Source of the DNA: Lobosporangium transversale
Lineage: Eukaryota
Length of the DNA: 64,000 bases
NCBI RefSeq assembly: GCF_002105155.1
Contig: NW_019029011.1
Location: 248,001 to 312,000 of the forward strand
Reading direction: 5' to 3'
This document shows, piece by piece, positions 11,211 through 24,864 of this stretch. The position numbers and the translations under genes are program-made. The notes beneath the pieces were generated by a model that had not been told where the DNA came from, ran no database searches, and saw only the letters and a program-made list of their open reading frames with translations. The first letter of the stretch is position 1, and every line of letters begins with the position of its first letter.

Positions 11211-12049
11211 GGGACTCGACTGGCATACTTACGAAGCCTTTTGTCCGAACTGCTGTTACACCTCCAAGATCGCCTAGATCTAGGGAATGACGATATTCAT
11301 CATAGTTGTTTACTCCACGACCACAGATTTTGCGGAAGTTGTTCTACCTTGTTTCGTTTTTTTATCTTCAAATATACCCATTACTTGTTAAAAAAAAAAA
11401 AAAAAAAAAAAAACTGCTGTCTCGTTATAAAATTAAAAATACTTTTCTGTGCTTTGCCAAAAAAGAAAGACTCCTATCCAGCTGGCAAATTTATCGCTGA
11501 ATAACCGAATCGTTCGCTTGCGAACGACGTACCTTCAATGCTAGATATACACAGGACAATCGGGGCCAGGTAACGATGATTGTGGGGCCGCCAGCCCTCT
11601 TGAAATCCAGCAGGTTTCCAGTGCCTTTAGTAAATATCCTATATTCTGTGATACTAAATCGCGAGAGCCTCACCATTCCCAGGCATTCGCTGTTGAGCAT
11701 GGTAGATATTTTCGACTGCAAGTCTTTCTGGTTCGATCCTGGCTGTTAGTAGCAACATCATCCTAGATCTCACAATTGAAAAATGGAGCGATGAGTAAAC
11801 GCAGGGCTTATGAATGTTGCTTTCAGAAATACGTCTGGTATGCTTTTAAAGGAAGCATCTCTTCCTTTCCACTTTTCCTCAAATACATTAAAATACATTA
11901 ATAAAGACATGCTATATGAGAAACCCTGCTACGGCGGATGCTGAAGACAATACTGATCTCTTCGAAATGCAGCTTATATTCATAAAAGAGAGCTGCAGAC
12001 ATGCATATTCACCGATTCTTACCACCACCAAGGTTGCTACTGTGGTGGC

Positions 12050-12970
12050 GGCCTTGGTAACAGTTATTGCAACGGTGGATGTACCAACTCATTCTCCAGT
12101 AGCTTCCTTAGGAGCCCTGTCCACAATGCTTCATCTTCCCCGAATCATTGAAGAAATGCTGTCCTTGTCAACACCGTAGTTCCCCTTGTTCTACTGTTAT
12201 AAGATCCCTTTCTACACGTGCCACGGCCATATCTCTAAATGCTTGCACAAGCCGCTGATACGACTCTGACCTTTGAGACAACGCCTCATAATATACCGGT
12301 GGCTCCTGTAACTCCGGGAGACGCAAGAGTAGCTCCTGTTATAATATATCTAAGAGACTGAATAGCATAGTCAACTTCATATCTCGTTTGAAAGTACATA
12401 ATGGTTTTCTTTCCATCTTTCAAAAAGTTGAGATAATGAATTTGATGGGTGTTGAATTCGACTCACAATGTATTTGGTATTCTTTCTGCAGTTACCAGCT
12501 GTGGCCACGTAGGAATCTTTGAAATGCATCATTATTTTGACAGTCAATAGAAGCTGAGACGGTAAAGTAGCAGAAACAGAAGTGTCTCGATCTACAAAAG
12601 AGCACAGATATCCAAGTTTCCTCCTAATCTGTTCTGAATTTCCCACTCCATGTCCCAATGCAATGTATCTCATCTACAACTACTGCAAGCAATCAGATCT
12701 TCTAATGTTGATCGATCTAAAATGTACTGAACGCATTGCTCGCAAAGAGGATCTCTGGTGAAATGAATATGGCTCGATGGTGTTTCTCTATCAAGTTTCG
12801 GATCGGAATGAGCATCTCGCTCTTAAGATGAGTACTATTGATGCCTACTGAAGCTGGCTTTTCAGGCTGCTCGTCACCCAGTATCTTGAGTAGCATAATA
12901 ATGAGTTATGCTATCGAGCTGTTTTGGTCCCAACTCCTTTCGTCTTGCAAATGTCAATAGTCGAGAGAAT
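12050..12970 (-). pseudogene. Decayed RecQ-like SF2 helicase (transposon-borne)
   Basis: Manual minus-strand translation: IIMLLKILGDEQ (Ia), RAIFISPEIL (Ib, ~12775-12747), AVVVDEIHCIGTWSGKFRTD* (II, DEIH at 12674-12663), SATLP (III), GNCRKNTKY, KKTIMYFQTR (IV), HRCNNC Zn-like motif near 12070. Many stops. Confidence 0.82.
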
Positions 12971-13261
12971 AGAATATCATCCTTGATTTTCAAGTAGGTA
13001 ACTCGGGAACCTTTGTTTACCATTCCTTGCAACAAGTAAAAAATATAGCTTGACCGCACGCTTCCCATGTGGCAGGCTCTACTTCCTTATGAGTTCTGTG
13101 CGTTGGCTTGGCATAACGATGGTTTTGTAGCATTACAGACGTCAATTTAGGGTTTTAAGTTTTGTGATCTGTGCTCCATTCTACTGAGAGAGAAAAGCAA
13201 TAAAAGGCCTACTTTTCTACACTTCCATACCGCTAGGCTTTTATGCTATTTTCCTTCAACT

Positions 13262-13344
13262 TCTATCTAGTACACCATGGATACCTCGTGGGTCCTTGTT
13301 ATCAAAAAAAAAAAAAAAAAAAATCTATCTAGTACACCATGGAT
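13262..13344 (+). mobile_element. Extremely 5'-truncated non-LTR retro-insertion (21 nt + A20) with 21-bp TSD
   Basis: TCTATCTAGTACACCATGGAT at 13262-13282 and 13324-13344 flanks ACCTCGTGGGTCCTTGTTATC plus A20. Confidence 0.75.
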
Positions 13345-14058
13345 CTGCATTACAATGTTAATGATGAAGACTATCAATCTCAACTTGATGACTTCAAAGA
13401 TTTCTGCGCCTTATACTTTGAAGGTGAACTCACATTGTTTGATGAGGGAATGGATGTTAGTATCACCCGCAATCACGATGGAAACTCGACTTCGCTTTCA
13501 CAATATATCACTTCGGGTGACTTCGCCAGTACTATAGTGTGCAGATGAGGCCCAGTCGTTCTTGGATGCCGCTCTTCTTGTGACTATTAGATATAAGTGT
13601 TGTCAATTCATACATACTATGGTGTACAAGGAAAGGATCAAAAAAAAAAAAAAAAAAAAAAAAAAAGATGGACATCGCCAAATTCGCTTAAATCTGGTAA
13701 ACCAACTTTTATCGCTATCTAGGTCCCATGTTGTCATCGAGCAAAGGAACTCAAAGAGAAACGTAGAAACTAATGAGTCTCTGGAGGCTACTTTCAAGGT
13801 ATCAAAAGGCCCATATATTACTAAACACTCTCTTCCAAGCCCTCGTCGACATCTACCAGGCTTTCATTTTCCGATAAGAACCCAAGAAAGTGAAGGAAGG
13901 ATGTTAAGAGTAGGATGGCATGTGAAAACTGCAGGGTTAAGGGTATTAAGGAAGGCAAGAAGTCCACCTCACGATCAGAATGGATATGCGCTACATGTAG
14001 GGTTCCTCTTTGCTTGAAAGCAAAGCAGAATTGCTTTGAGGAATATCACACCAAATAA
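13339..14058 (+). pseudogene. Internally deleted piggyBac transposase relic
   Basis: From 13521: LRQYYSVQMRPSRSWMPLFL*LLDISVVNSYILW; then GHRQIRLNLVNQLL; C-terminal Cys-rich domain CENC...SEWICATCRVPLCLKAKQNCFEEYHTK*. Acidic N-terminal piece 13339-13520; most of the DDD core is absent. Confidence 0.85.
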
Positions 14059-14126
14059 AAAGAAAAATAAGCTATAATATTTTGCGTACAAAACACATGT
14101 AAAAAACTACCCTACATTTGTCCAAA

Positions 14127-14148
14127 TTGCGACCATTTTTGGTCGCAA
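14127..14148. repeat. Short palindrome TTGCGACCA-TTTT-TGGTCGCAA, possible piggyBac subterminal remnant
   Basis: 9-bp perfect stem about 70 bp after the piggyBac stop codon. No TTAA-CCC terminus found. Confidence 0.4.
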
Positions 14149-14334
14149 AAAATCTTATTTTCAAATTCAGGATATGGGATAAAATTACGCGACACGACCA
14201 TGAGACACGTTGCAAAAAAAAAAAAAAAAAAAAAAAAAATTACCTCTTACTTCCAAGCAACACTAGTATAATCCACACAAAGGTCATTACTTGTTTGCAC
14301 ATCACTTGGCCTACTCCAGCCATCCACGCCAACT

Positions 14335-17300
14335 ATGCGGCCGGCACAGGCGCCTCCTCCAAGACCAGGATTTAGACCTGCTCATCAACAATCATTGCAG
14401 CAGCAGCAGTACCACCAAGAACCATATCCCCATGAGAATCAACAACAGCAACTTCAGAGACCAATGGCCGCAGGACAGCAACAGCACTCAAACTACAGGC
14501 CTATGAACAATGGCCCTAGACCTGGTGTTCCACCTATTGGTATGCTTCGGCCGCTGTCACAAGATCCAAACAGTCCATTGCATCAGCAAAATGCCATCAG
14601 ACATGCTTCAGCCTCAGCCAGTGTTGCTCTTCCTTCGCCTTCAAATCAGCGGCTACCCGTGACCGCTCCTTTCTATGGATCCCAAAAACAGCAGCAACAG
14701 TACCAGCAAGGCGACAGTTTACCTCCGCAGCGGCCACCTGCTATTGACACTCAACACACATCCTCAGTCACGATGCGGCCTCCCAATATTTCTCAGCCTG
14801 GATCGCCCGGTATGCCTCGTCCCTATCAGTCACCTCCAATCCAGAACAGACCTCCATCTGGATCATTCGTAGGTCAAAGACAGCAGCAGGGTCCTTTAGG
14901 TTCAGCTTCCATGAATCCAGTGGGATATGGTGCTGGATCACTTCCTAATGATCTCAACAGATCGCAGCCTCCTATACTGAAACCACCAAACCAACAGCAC
15001 CAGCAAGGACTTCCTTCAGCCTCTCCACAGCAACCACCATTACTTCAACAACAACAACAGCAACAGAACCTGCAGCAACCGAGACAAGGTTCTGGGGGGC
15101 CTAATGCTGGCATCATAGCGGAGCTATCTACCTCAACCCCACAAACAGGGACTCACAAGTCGAAGAGGATGTATCCTGCTGGTATCAATGCATATTCAGA
15201 ACCAACGCCCGGATATGATATCACACCAAACGGAGGTTTTCAATCCGCTGGTGTGCCAGGGATCCTCTCTCCCCAATCTACGAGTGCTGTAAAACCTATG
15301 CAACCTGTCACACAAGGATCACAATATTTTGTGCCTGTTGAAAATCAGCAACCGACTTTTAATCAACCTGTCCCTACATATCAACAAGGATTCCATCCTC
15401 CCCAGCCTAATGTCAACCAACTAACGAACCAGATGGGTACTATGAATGTCACTGGAGGAGGATTTGGGAGTCAAGGGACTACAGTAAATATCGTGCTTGC
15501 ATGAATTTTGAAAGACAGAGAAAATGTCGCACGTCAGTCTCGAACTGTTGTAAAATGTATGGGTTGCTGTGCGCTAATATATAGTAACTTCCATTCTTTG
15601 ATTCGGATATGACAGCCTATGACGACTGTTGCTTTGATGGGATCTGCGCCAAAAATCATCGACCTGGATGCTCCTCCACCAGCCATTGCTCTCCCCACCA
15701 CAGTAAGAACGCACTCTAGCTCTTAGAACTGTATGAAAAATTATGCCTAATGAATTTGAGCTCTTCTACTAAGTTAAGCAACATACTATCGTATATTCGC
15801 TAGGCTGCAATCACTCAATCGCCATATGCTAACTGCGATCCTACATATAAAAGATGTACTTTTAATGCCATTCCAGCCACTTCACAGCTTTTGACAAAGT
15901 CTCGACTACCATTTGGGCTCGTCATCACCCCCTATCGCAGTGTGAAGGAAGGCGATGTATGTTTTCTATTGCATTTGAGGATAGGCATATGTTTTTTGAT
16001 GTCACTGTTGAAAACTACTAGGGAATGTTTTTTTTTTTTATTGATCTGGATATTTCCTCTAATGATAGGAACCTGTGCCTGTGGTCTCAGACTCGATCAT
16101 CGCCCGCTGTCGTCGATGTAGAACATATATTAATCCATTCGTGAAGTTTGTGGAAGGTGGTCAGCGCTGGAAGTGTAATATGTGCTACACGCTGAATGAA
16201 GGTATACATGCAAATAATACTTTGATGATTCCGGATCCTGATAAATGCCTGCTAGCTCGATATTTTCATTTGCTTATTTTTTTTTTTTTTTTTTTTTTTT
16301 TTAATACAAGTACCATCTTCATTCGACTATGACTCTCAAACGCAGCAACCCGTAGATCGCTGGCAACGCAAGGAACTCAACCATGCAGTAGTGGAATACA
16401 TTGCACCTACAGAGTACATGGTTCGACCACCTCAGCCTCTAGTGTATATGTTTATAATCGATGTGTCGTATCCCGCCATCCGGTGTGGTATGGTAGCGAC
16501 CGCGGCGACGACTATATTGGAATCCTTGGACAGGATACCCAATGATGAAGGGCGTACCAAGATTGGCATCATTACAGTGGATAGTTCTATCCATTTTTAC
16601 AATTTGAACGTAAGTGCGTGTTTAGTGTTTGTGCTTTTTAAGAAGAAAAAATCTTATATCCTTTGAGCTCGTTCATGGCCACTAGCTATCTATTTTCCAT
16701 CCCATTTACTTATTCTATTATATTTTTTTACTTATGACCGATAGACACCCTCGGGTGAGCCTCAGATGTTAGTTGTCTCCGATCTTGAGGAACCGTATTT
16801 ACCTCAACCTCAGGATCTTCTCTGTAATTTGAGTGAGTGTCGCGGTACATTGGAGACGTTGCTGGATAGAATGAAAAACATGTTTAAGGATACTCAGAAT
16901 GTTGGCAATGCATTGGGACCAGCTCTGAATTCTGCCTACAAGCTGATCTCACCCATTGGAGGCAAGATCTTGTGTTTACAAGCATCATTGCCTAACTTGG
17001 AGGCAGGGGCGCTCAAGAATCGTGAAGATACGAAGTTGTTAGGTACTTCTAAGGAATCAACTCTGTTACAGTCAGCTTCGTCATTCTATAAATCATTTGC
17101 AGTAGAGTGCTCAAAGTCGCAAGTTTGCGTCGACATGTTCCTCTTTGGTTCACAGTATTCAGATGTCGCTACTCTTAGTAAGTTGATGTGGTCAAAAATT
17201 GCTTTTTATTTTGTCTTTCTTTGACAATGAGCTAATAGTCACGATGATGGAATGGTTGGTAGGCTGTCTGCCTCGCTTTACTGGGGGAAGTACGTTCTTT

Positions 17301-18374
17301 TACCCCGCATTTACAGCAGCTAAATCAGAGGATGGACTCAAGTTTGCAAACGAGTTGGCAGAGTTCCTTTCACATCGGATTGGATTGGAGGCAGTGATGA
17401 GAGTGCGTGCTTCCAAAGGATTGAGAATGGCAGCGTTTTATGGCAATTTCTTTGTCCGATCAACAGATTTACTGTCGCTGCCCAATGTTCCTCGTGACCA
17501 GTCATACTCGATTGAAATCAGCTACGATGAGAATCTGACAATTCCAATCGTCTGTTTCCAGACTGCACTGCTGCACACTTCCTCCTCAGGCGAGCGCCGT
17601 ATCCGAGTTTTAACATTGGCCCTTCCGGTGACGACGAGTCTGTCAGAGCTGTACATGTCTGCAGATCAGGTAGCGATTGCAACGTTGCTCTCATGCAAGG
17701 CTGTGGAACGTGGTATGAACTCGAAGCTGGATGATGCTAGAGACGCCTTGACAAATAAATGCGTGGATATCTTGGGTGTCTACAAGACGCATATGACGGC
17801 CTCATCCTCGGGCGCCACACCCAATCTTCAGATCTGCGATAACCTTAAGCTGTTGCCATTGTTGACACTTGGCATGCTTAAGCATGTAAGAGCATATACA
17901 TTTTTGCAGCTCTGCGTCCTACGAGCCTGGGATGTTTTGGTCAGTTGTAATTAATGCACTTTTTATCTTTTGATTTTTGCCAGGTATCGTTTCGTGGGGG
18001 TTCACAGATTCCTTCAGATCTTCGCTCGTATGCGATGCATTTGATGTCGACACTTCCTTCTCAATGCTTAATTCCACTTATTCATCCTCGGTTTTACTCG
18101 CTACATGATATGCCGGAGCATTGTGGAACGATTGGTCCAGCAGGCATTGAAATGCCGCAACCCATGAACCTGAGTAGCGAGCGATTGTCGCGTTCAGGAT
18201 TATTCATGTTGGAGGATGGACAGAATATATTCTTGTGGATTGGTCGGGACGCAGTTCCTCAACTGTGTATGGATCTCTTTGGTGTTCCTAACTACGAGAG
18301 TATCCGTGGTGGAAAGGTAATAAACTCAAATAAAAATAAAAAAGGATGTCCAAAAGTTATATTCCTAATCTAAC

Positions 18375-18405
<31 letters not shown>

Positions 18406-18795
18406 TAGACTACATTACCGAAAGTGGAGACAGACTTTAATCAACGAGTAAACTTAATTATTGAAAAAGCTCGAGAGATGCGTCGTACTGTTTACTATCC
18501 TCAGTTGTATGTGGTCAAGGAAGAAGGTGATGCAGCATTACGGCTGTGGTTTTTGAGTCATTTAATCGAAGATCGCGCGGAACCTATCATGAGCTATTAC
18601 CAATATCTTGGATATCTCAAGGACAGAGTAAAGCACTAAAAAAAAAATCATATTATCAACTGACCTTGCAAAGTATATACAAAATGGAAGTTGACATTAA
18701 CCTGTATTCTTTTTTTTTTTTTTTTTTTTTTTTTTCGCTCAATTTGGCATTCGCTTTTGTCATTTAATTAATAGGTCAACAGTGGATCGTATTAG
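14335..18795 (+). CDS. SEC24: COPII coat subunit Sec24 (multi-exon)
   Basis: P/Q-rich N-terminus; [13 protein letters not shown]; Zn finger [39 protein letters not shown] trunk; [22 protein letters not shown]; gelsolin repeat. Last exon VNSGSY* at 18775-18795. Confidence 0.96.
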
Positions 18796-21700
18796 AGCTA
18801 GTATTTGGTTGCGTTTGGATGCCGGCCTGTCCCTGTTCTTTGATCAGACACTTTTTTCTCCCTCTCTATTTTTTTTAACACATTTCGTAGCTTTGTTTAG
18901 TGAAACAGTCAGAAAAAAGAAATAAGGCTATGACATGAAAAATATAGGAAGTTCTCATAAGCTTCTCCCTTTTCATTTCATTTGTGATAACTCTCACTTT
19001 CTCTCTTTTTGATGGGGATATTACCGAACGAGTGAATATCAGCAAAGCATGAAGTGTGCCTGGGATCCACTCGCGCAAGTGTTATTCAAACAGAATAACA
19101 AACGATTAACGCCTACAAGATGACTCCTAACTACAAACAGCTCTAAATAAAATAAAATAAAATAAAGACAACAGAGACCTTAGATTGTGTACTTGTACAT
19201 CATGAACAATATACATATGCTTGCCATAGCCTATTTCCGCAGTCTAACAGACTTGCATAAATACGTGTACATGCATGCATAGAAGACGGGAAGACCCCAA
19301 AAAACACTCTTATTCATAAATGTAATATATATATATATATATATATACAATATTTATACAGCACATTTATACTGGTTTTTCTTTGCTCTCAACTTCCACA
19401 TCGCATGGCATGTCATGACATGTTTGAGAGGCCGCGGGCCATGCTAGAGATTAGGAAAAGACAACTACAAAATTTAAAAGGAGGTGGTAGAAATGAACCT
19501 TATCTGGTAACAGAGCGGAGTGGGCCTTGAATGAAGTCATTATATTTTATTGCTTTAGGATCTGTGAAGAATTTACATTATATTTATATATACTGTGAAA
19601 TGTGATAGATCAGCATTTTCGAGCCCCTTGTTGCTGTTACAACGGCCCTTTCGATTTCTTTCTTCCCTTTCTTTCTTTCTCTGGTCAGTCTGCGTATTTA
19701 TCTGTTTGTCTGCTGTATTTTCTCAGCATGCATTGAAACCAGTGTTAGTGTTATAGATACCGAAACCCAGGGATCAGGAGATCGAAGAAAAGAGGAAGAG
19801 GATCCTTCTAGACGGGTGCTCGTTTTACAGGCTATTACAGTTAAAACCACATTCGCTTACACAAAATGGACACAAAAAAAAAAAAAAAAAAAAGCCTGAT
19901 GACCAATGTTTGATCGATTATTGTAGAATTGTTGACAGGGAATATTAAGAATCTACTTTCTCCCTCTCCTCTTATTTTGACCCCCTCTTCGCAAATTATG
20001 TTTTTGTCTCTCTCCTTTCTTCTTTTTTCGATGGATGGACAAATTCCTTGATGATGAACGACAACCATGCACAGGCTATATTTGAATACAGAACACAAAC
20101 AATAGCAATAGCAATGGCAATAACAATAGCAATAACAACAAACATCGTCAATGGCCTTTGAGGTGTGACAGAAACAGAAGACAGAGTACATTATAAAATG
20201 GCTTATACTATTGCATGTGTGTACTTGAGATGATCTCGTAGTACATGAAGTTTTTAAAACTAAAATCATTTCAGTATTCGTGATGAGCTTGAAGCAAGCA
20301 AACTAACTGGCCGTCAATATATTCAAAGGGTATTCAGTACCAAATAAAATGGGTTGAACTCGACCCGTTTAGTTTGTCCATCATAAAGGTTAGCAACTAT
20401 CAACTATACAGCATAATTAGAAAAGAGGGTATTGTGCAATAGTAGACAAAGGATGAGCAACTTCACATGGGAATAATTAGCAAAAGAAGCAGCAAAGGTG
20501 AGTGTGTGTACCAACAGGCTAGAATGGCATATCAAGGGATCTTTCCGATCGATTTTTCATTTATACAACGGTGCAAAATCAACATGGTTGATAGATACGA
20601 TAATGATTATGAAAATAATGGTGACAGTAGTGAAGTTGGTGATAATGTAAATATGTATCCTTTTTAAAGAGATCGGAAACATGTCCAATGGAATAAAATT
20701 CGCAAACGAAATTAAGGTTCAGCTGTATCAGAATTGTACAGCGGTTCCTGAATTTTGAGGGTTGTGGATTGATTTGATGGGAGGACAAGCATCCTCTGAG
20801 GCACACGATCTGCACTAAATCTTCAATGAATGTTTAATGACAAGGAAGGCAACGAGAACAAGGATAAGGGGTGTTAAGGGAAAGTGAATACACGTCATCC
20901 GGGATAAAAAGAAGAAAGAAAAACCTGGCTTGAAAAGATATTTGTGCTGGAGGAAGAATGTTGTCGTACAGCAACACACAAGCAACGTTCATTTGCACTA
21001 TAATTGATTGAACTTGCTTGCTATGCAAATGTTGGAATAGGAAAAAGAAAACATTTCATTTTCATTGCGACTGCTTGATCAAGGTTAGCAGCAGTTAGTT
21101 TGCTTAATAGCGTATAACAATAAAAAAAAAAAAATCATGCCATGGTGTCATGATGCACTCAAGTGGATACCCATGGAAATTTTGTCAGCAAGGTTTTGTA
21201 ACTTTTGTTACACACTAAGTAAAGGAGGACAAAGAGAAAGAAAAGCCAAATAACGTGGGGAGGAAGGAAATGGAAGGATTGTTTAGATGTGCACCGTTTA
21301 TTTTTTCTTTTTTCCTTTCTTTCCTTTTTTTAAAACACTATCCTTTCCACTTCCACTTCCTCTTCCACTTCCACTTCCTCTTCCTCTTCTTCCTTTTTGT
21401 TGTTTTTGTTGCTGTTGAATCTCAATTCATGATTCTCAATTGATGGTCATTGTCATTCTCTTTCCGTATTTCCCCTTGCATTCGTCATCGTACATCTTAA
21501 ACTCTCATATTCACTTTCTCACATTGTAATTTTTTTGCACTTCTTCCACGCTGTCTTTTCCCCTTTTTTTTAGCCACCCACTTTCCCTCTGTCTCTGCAT
21601 TACAGATTGAGCCGATTCCTGTTCCTGCTCCTGTTCCTGTTCCTGGCTCTCATTTTTTTTTTTTTTCTCCTGTCTGCGCATCCTTCCCTCGCCCATCGTA

Positions 21701-22322
21701 TAAACATATACCCTTTTTTATATTTCCTTCACTCTCACTCATTTTTCATTCTCCCTTGCAGCAATCTCTTTTACACAGTTTTCACGCAGCATATAGACGT
21801 CGTACTCTTTTCTATCGTCTGTCTACATATTCCTCTCCGAACTTGTCTATTTTTTTTGTTTTATTTCATTCCTTTGGGACTTTTCCTTCGCATACAAATA
21901 ACAGAAAATAGTATCTCATCAGATACAACTGTGTGTGTGTGAAGAGAAGAAAGAGTATCTGCACACACACACAAACAAACATTCAAATTGAACACTTTCT
22001 CATTCATCTTACGCCCTTCCTTTTTTTGTCTTGCGCAGCCGATAAAAAGTCCAATAAGAGACTCAAAGAGAGAAAGAAAGAGAGAAAAAGAAAAAGAAAG
22101 AAACAAAGATAGGAAGAACCTGTGCGAGTGAGTGAATGAACAATTGAGAGTGATTGAATAAAAAAAAAGGGCACCAGAATTGTGAATGGTGTTTCTGACT
22201 TAGTTCTCAACGATCCCAATTGACCTTTTCTTTTTTTTTTTTATTAAAAAAAAAAAAAGGAGACAACAACAACAACAGCAGCAGCAGCAGCAGGAGCACA
22301 ATATCGACAATAACAGTTCAAC

Positions 22323-24826
22323 ATGATCCCTACCCGCCCTATTGAAACAACCCATGCAGATTCAACCGATTCAGTTGCCAATGTAGATTCATGGATCTAT
22401 TCTTTCTTTTCTTCCAGTACAGATGCCATCATTGCATGCGATCTCAATGGAACTATTTGTGCATGGAACGACGGTGCACAGTCCATCTTTGGCATCTCTG
22501 CTAAACAATCCTTGGGCAAGGATCTTAATCGGCTTTCACTTGGTCAGACTTTTCTTTCAACTTCATCCGATACAACTAGAGCATCAATACCCGCAGACCA
22601 TGCATTATACCCCTCAACACCTGATCAGATTCGAGCCCTACAACACTCGTGCATCAAACGAGTTGTCACAAGGACACAGAAGGATGGCCCTCACCTCTTC
22701 CTAGAATCTATATCAGCTCTCTTTAAACAAAAGGAAGGCGTTGATATCCATATCATCAGCCGCGATGGTGATGTCAATAGTCACTACAGCCACAGCCACA
22801 TTAGCGCAGTCGCAACTGTCGAGGCAGAGCCTTCGCGGGTGCTCGTTGGCTACTCCGTCATCCTCACCGATCTGTCGGTGCTCTCGACTCAAATGCCTGC
22901 GCTAGCTCTCTCGCCTCTCAACTGCCCGCAGCCACCTCTATCCTCACCTTCTATCCCCCCATCTTCTCATCCTGAAGTTGTATCACCCCTACCGTTATCA
23001 TCACTACCATCAGTGCCATTGCAACCACCCACACCACGAGCCGTTGAATTCACTCTGACCTCGAGGCCTGTCGACTCTTCGATCTCTCCTTTCACCGCTT
23101 CAGTAACAGCAGCAACATCACTAGCAGCAACTGCTGCTTCAATGGTTTCATTCTCTTCACCTGTATTTACATCTTCATCTCCTTCTATACCACCCTATTC
23201 ACCTTTCAGTCATGCTACAACAGAATACATGTCCTCAGAGACAGGAGCGAATGAGAAGGAAAAAACTTTTATTACGCTAGATAATAGCATGGTAATAACA
23301 GGAGTGGTAGGGACAACCCCAACAAGGCCCACATTGTCCACTCGCGAGTATTCGACTGATTCGGGTTTTGATGAACGATCATCAGCTACGAAACCAACAA
23401 ATATGACAAGCGGTCCTGTACCAGTTGCGACAGCTCTCTCAGCTGACAGTACTAGCAATAACGATGTTATGCTTATGTCCATGTCGCAGATTCATACTTC
23501 AGATCGCCTCCATGGATCTGGTAAGATGCAACTGAAAAAAAAAAAAAAAAAAAGCGGAGAGCAATGAGCGATTTCTTTTTATGTTTCTTTTTTATTTTTA
23601 CATGCGCATATATTGTTTGCTACATTAGAAAAGAGCAATAGGACATCACCATCTTGATTACAGTATCGTATATACTGTTATTGCAAAAAGTGGTGGGGAG
23701 GAGATGTAAAGATGTAGTAGATGGGAGCTATTGATGGTGAAAAATATCTACCAACCACCAAATCTCCTGCTCGCAAAATGTTCTTTGTTCATTGTCCTTG
23801 GGTTGTTTGTTCCCTATTTTGTTTATGGTCTGGGCCATTGATCCGCCGGGCGATCTGGTCTAATCGGGCATTGTTTACAGCTGGGCTTTTTTTTTTTTTT
23901 TTTTTTTTTTTGGTTATCATTCCCATAAAAATTGTTGTCATTGAACCGACAAATCGGGGATGCATAGAGATCCAGGGTATTGTGTGTGCATAACATGACA
24001 TGGGATGATGATGATAAGATCTTTGATTTTTTTTTTTGCAAGATCGGACAAAATAACATCGACAAGATACCTTTAAACAAATATCACAGAAAGCTTTTTT
24101 TTTTTCTTATTTGCTTTTGACAAGATATTCAATATGACATGTACGAATGTACGCGACATGCATCTCAACAAATTACACCATGCAAACCCTGCATGCCTTG
24201 CACCATCCAAATATTGACAAACATTCACATCCATCAACAACAAACATAAACACAGAGTCTTTCTCTTAAACGCGGGTCAAATGCTGTGGAGAACTAAGAA
24301 GTAGGAAATAGGGGATAGGACGAATTTTGAGCATGAATAAGGGGTATAAAAGACTAAAGATGATATCTTTTTTTTTCTACTTTTTGTTTTCTTTAAAAAA
24401 GATTTGCGGGACGATGACACATCCAATCCCGAAAAGTCGTCAATGACAGCTATACCATCCTTGAGCGATTTAACCCCTTTCAGTATTTTCAATAACACGT
24501 CTCGATTAGCTGCGTTGTCTGTTCCAAGTCGTAGCAACAGCATATCCTTGCCTATTGAGCCCTCAGACACGCCTTCAAGCATGATGCGTTCAATGTCCGG
24601 AGCAGGGACAGGAGCCGCGTCGATGCGATCAATATCTTTGGGCCATCTCTTGCCCTTTCATCATTCCTTTCCTCAGAGTACAATTTTTCAACGACCTCGA
24701 GCTCTTTCGATTTCAGCAACTGCCATCTCTTCTACTTCTTCTGGAGCTCAATTGTCCGTTTCCATGTCCTCATCACCTGATAAGAGTCGATTGAATATCC
24801 ATCACAACTCACTGGCTCTGTTGTCA

Positions 24827-24864
<38 letters not shown>

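Noticed and set aside
12863..12881. GCTCGTCACCCAG resembling the Academ TIR start
   Set aside because: Wrong orientation for a right TIR, and it encodes LGDEQP of the helicase; coincidental.
18800..22320. Small ORFs in the SEC24-kinase intergenic region
   Set aside because: Driven by simple repeats (CAATAG, TTCCAC, TTCCTG, TA); no coding signal.
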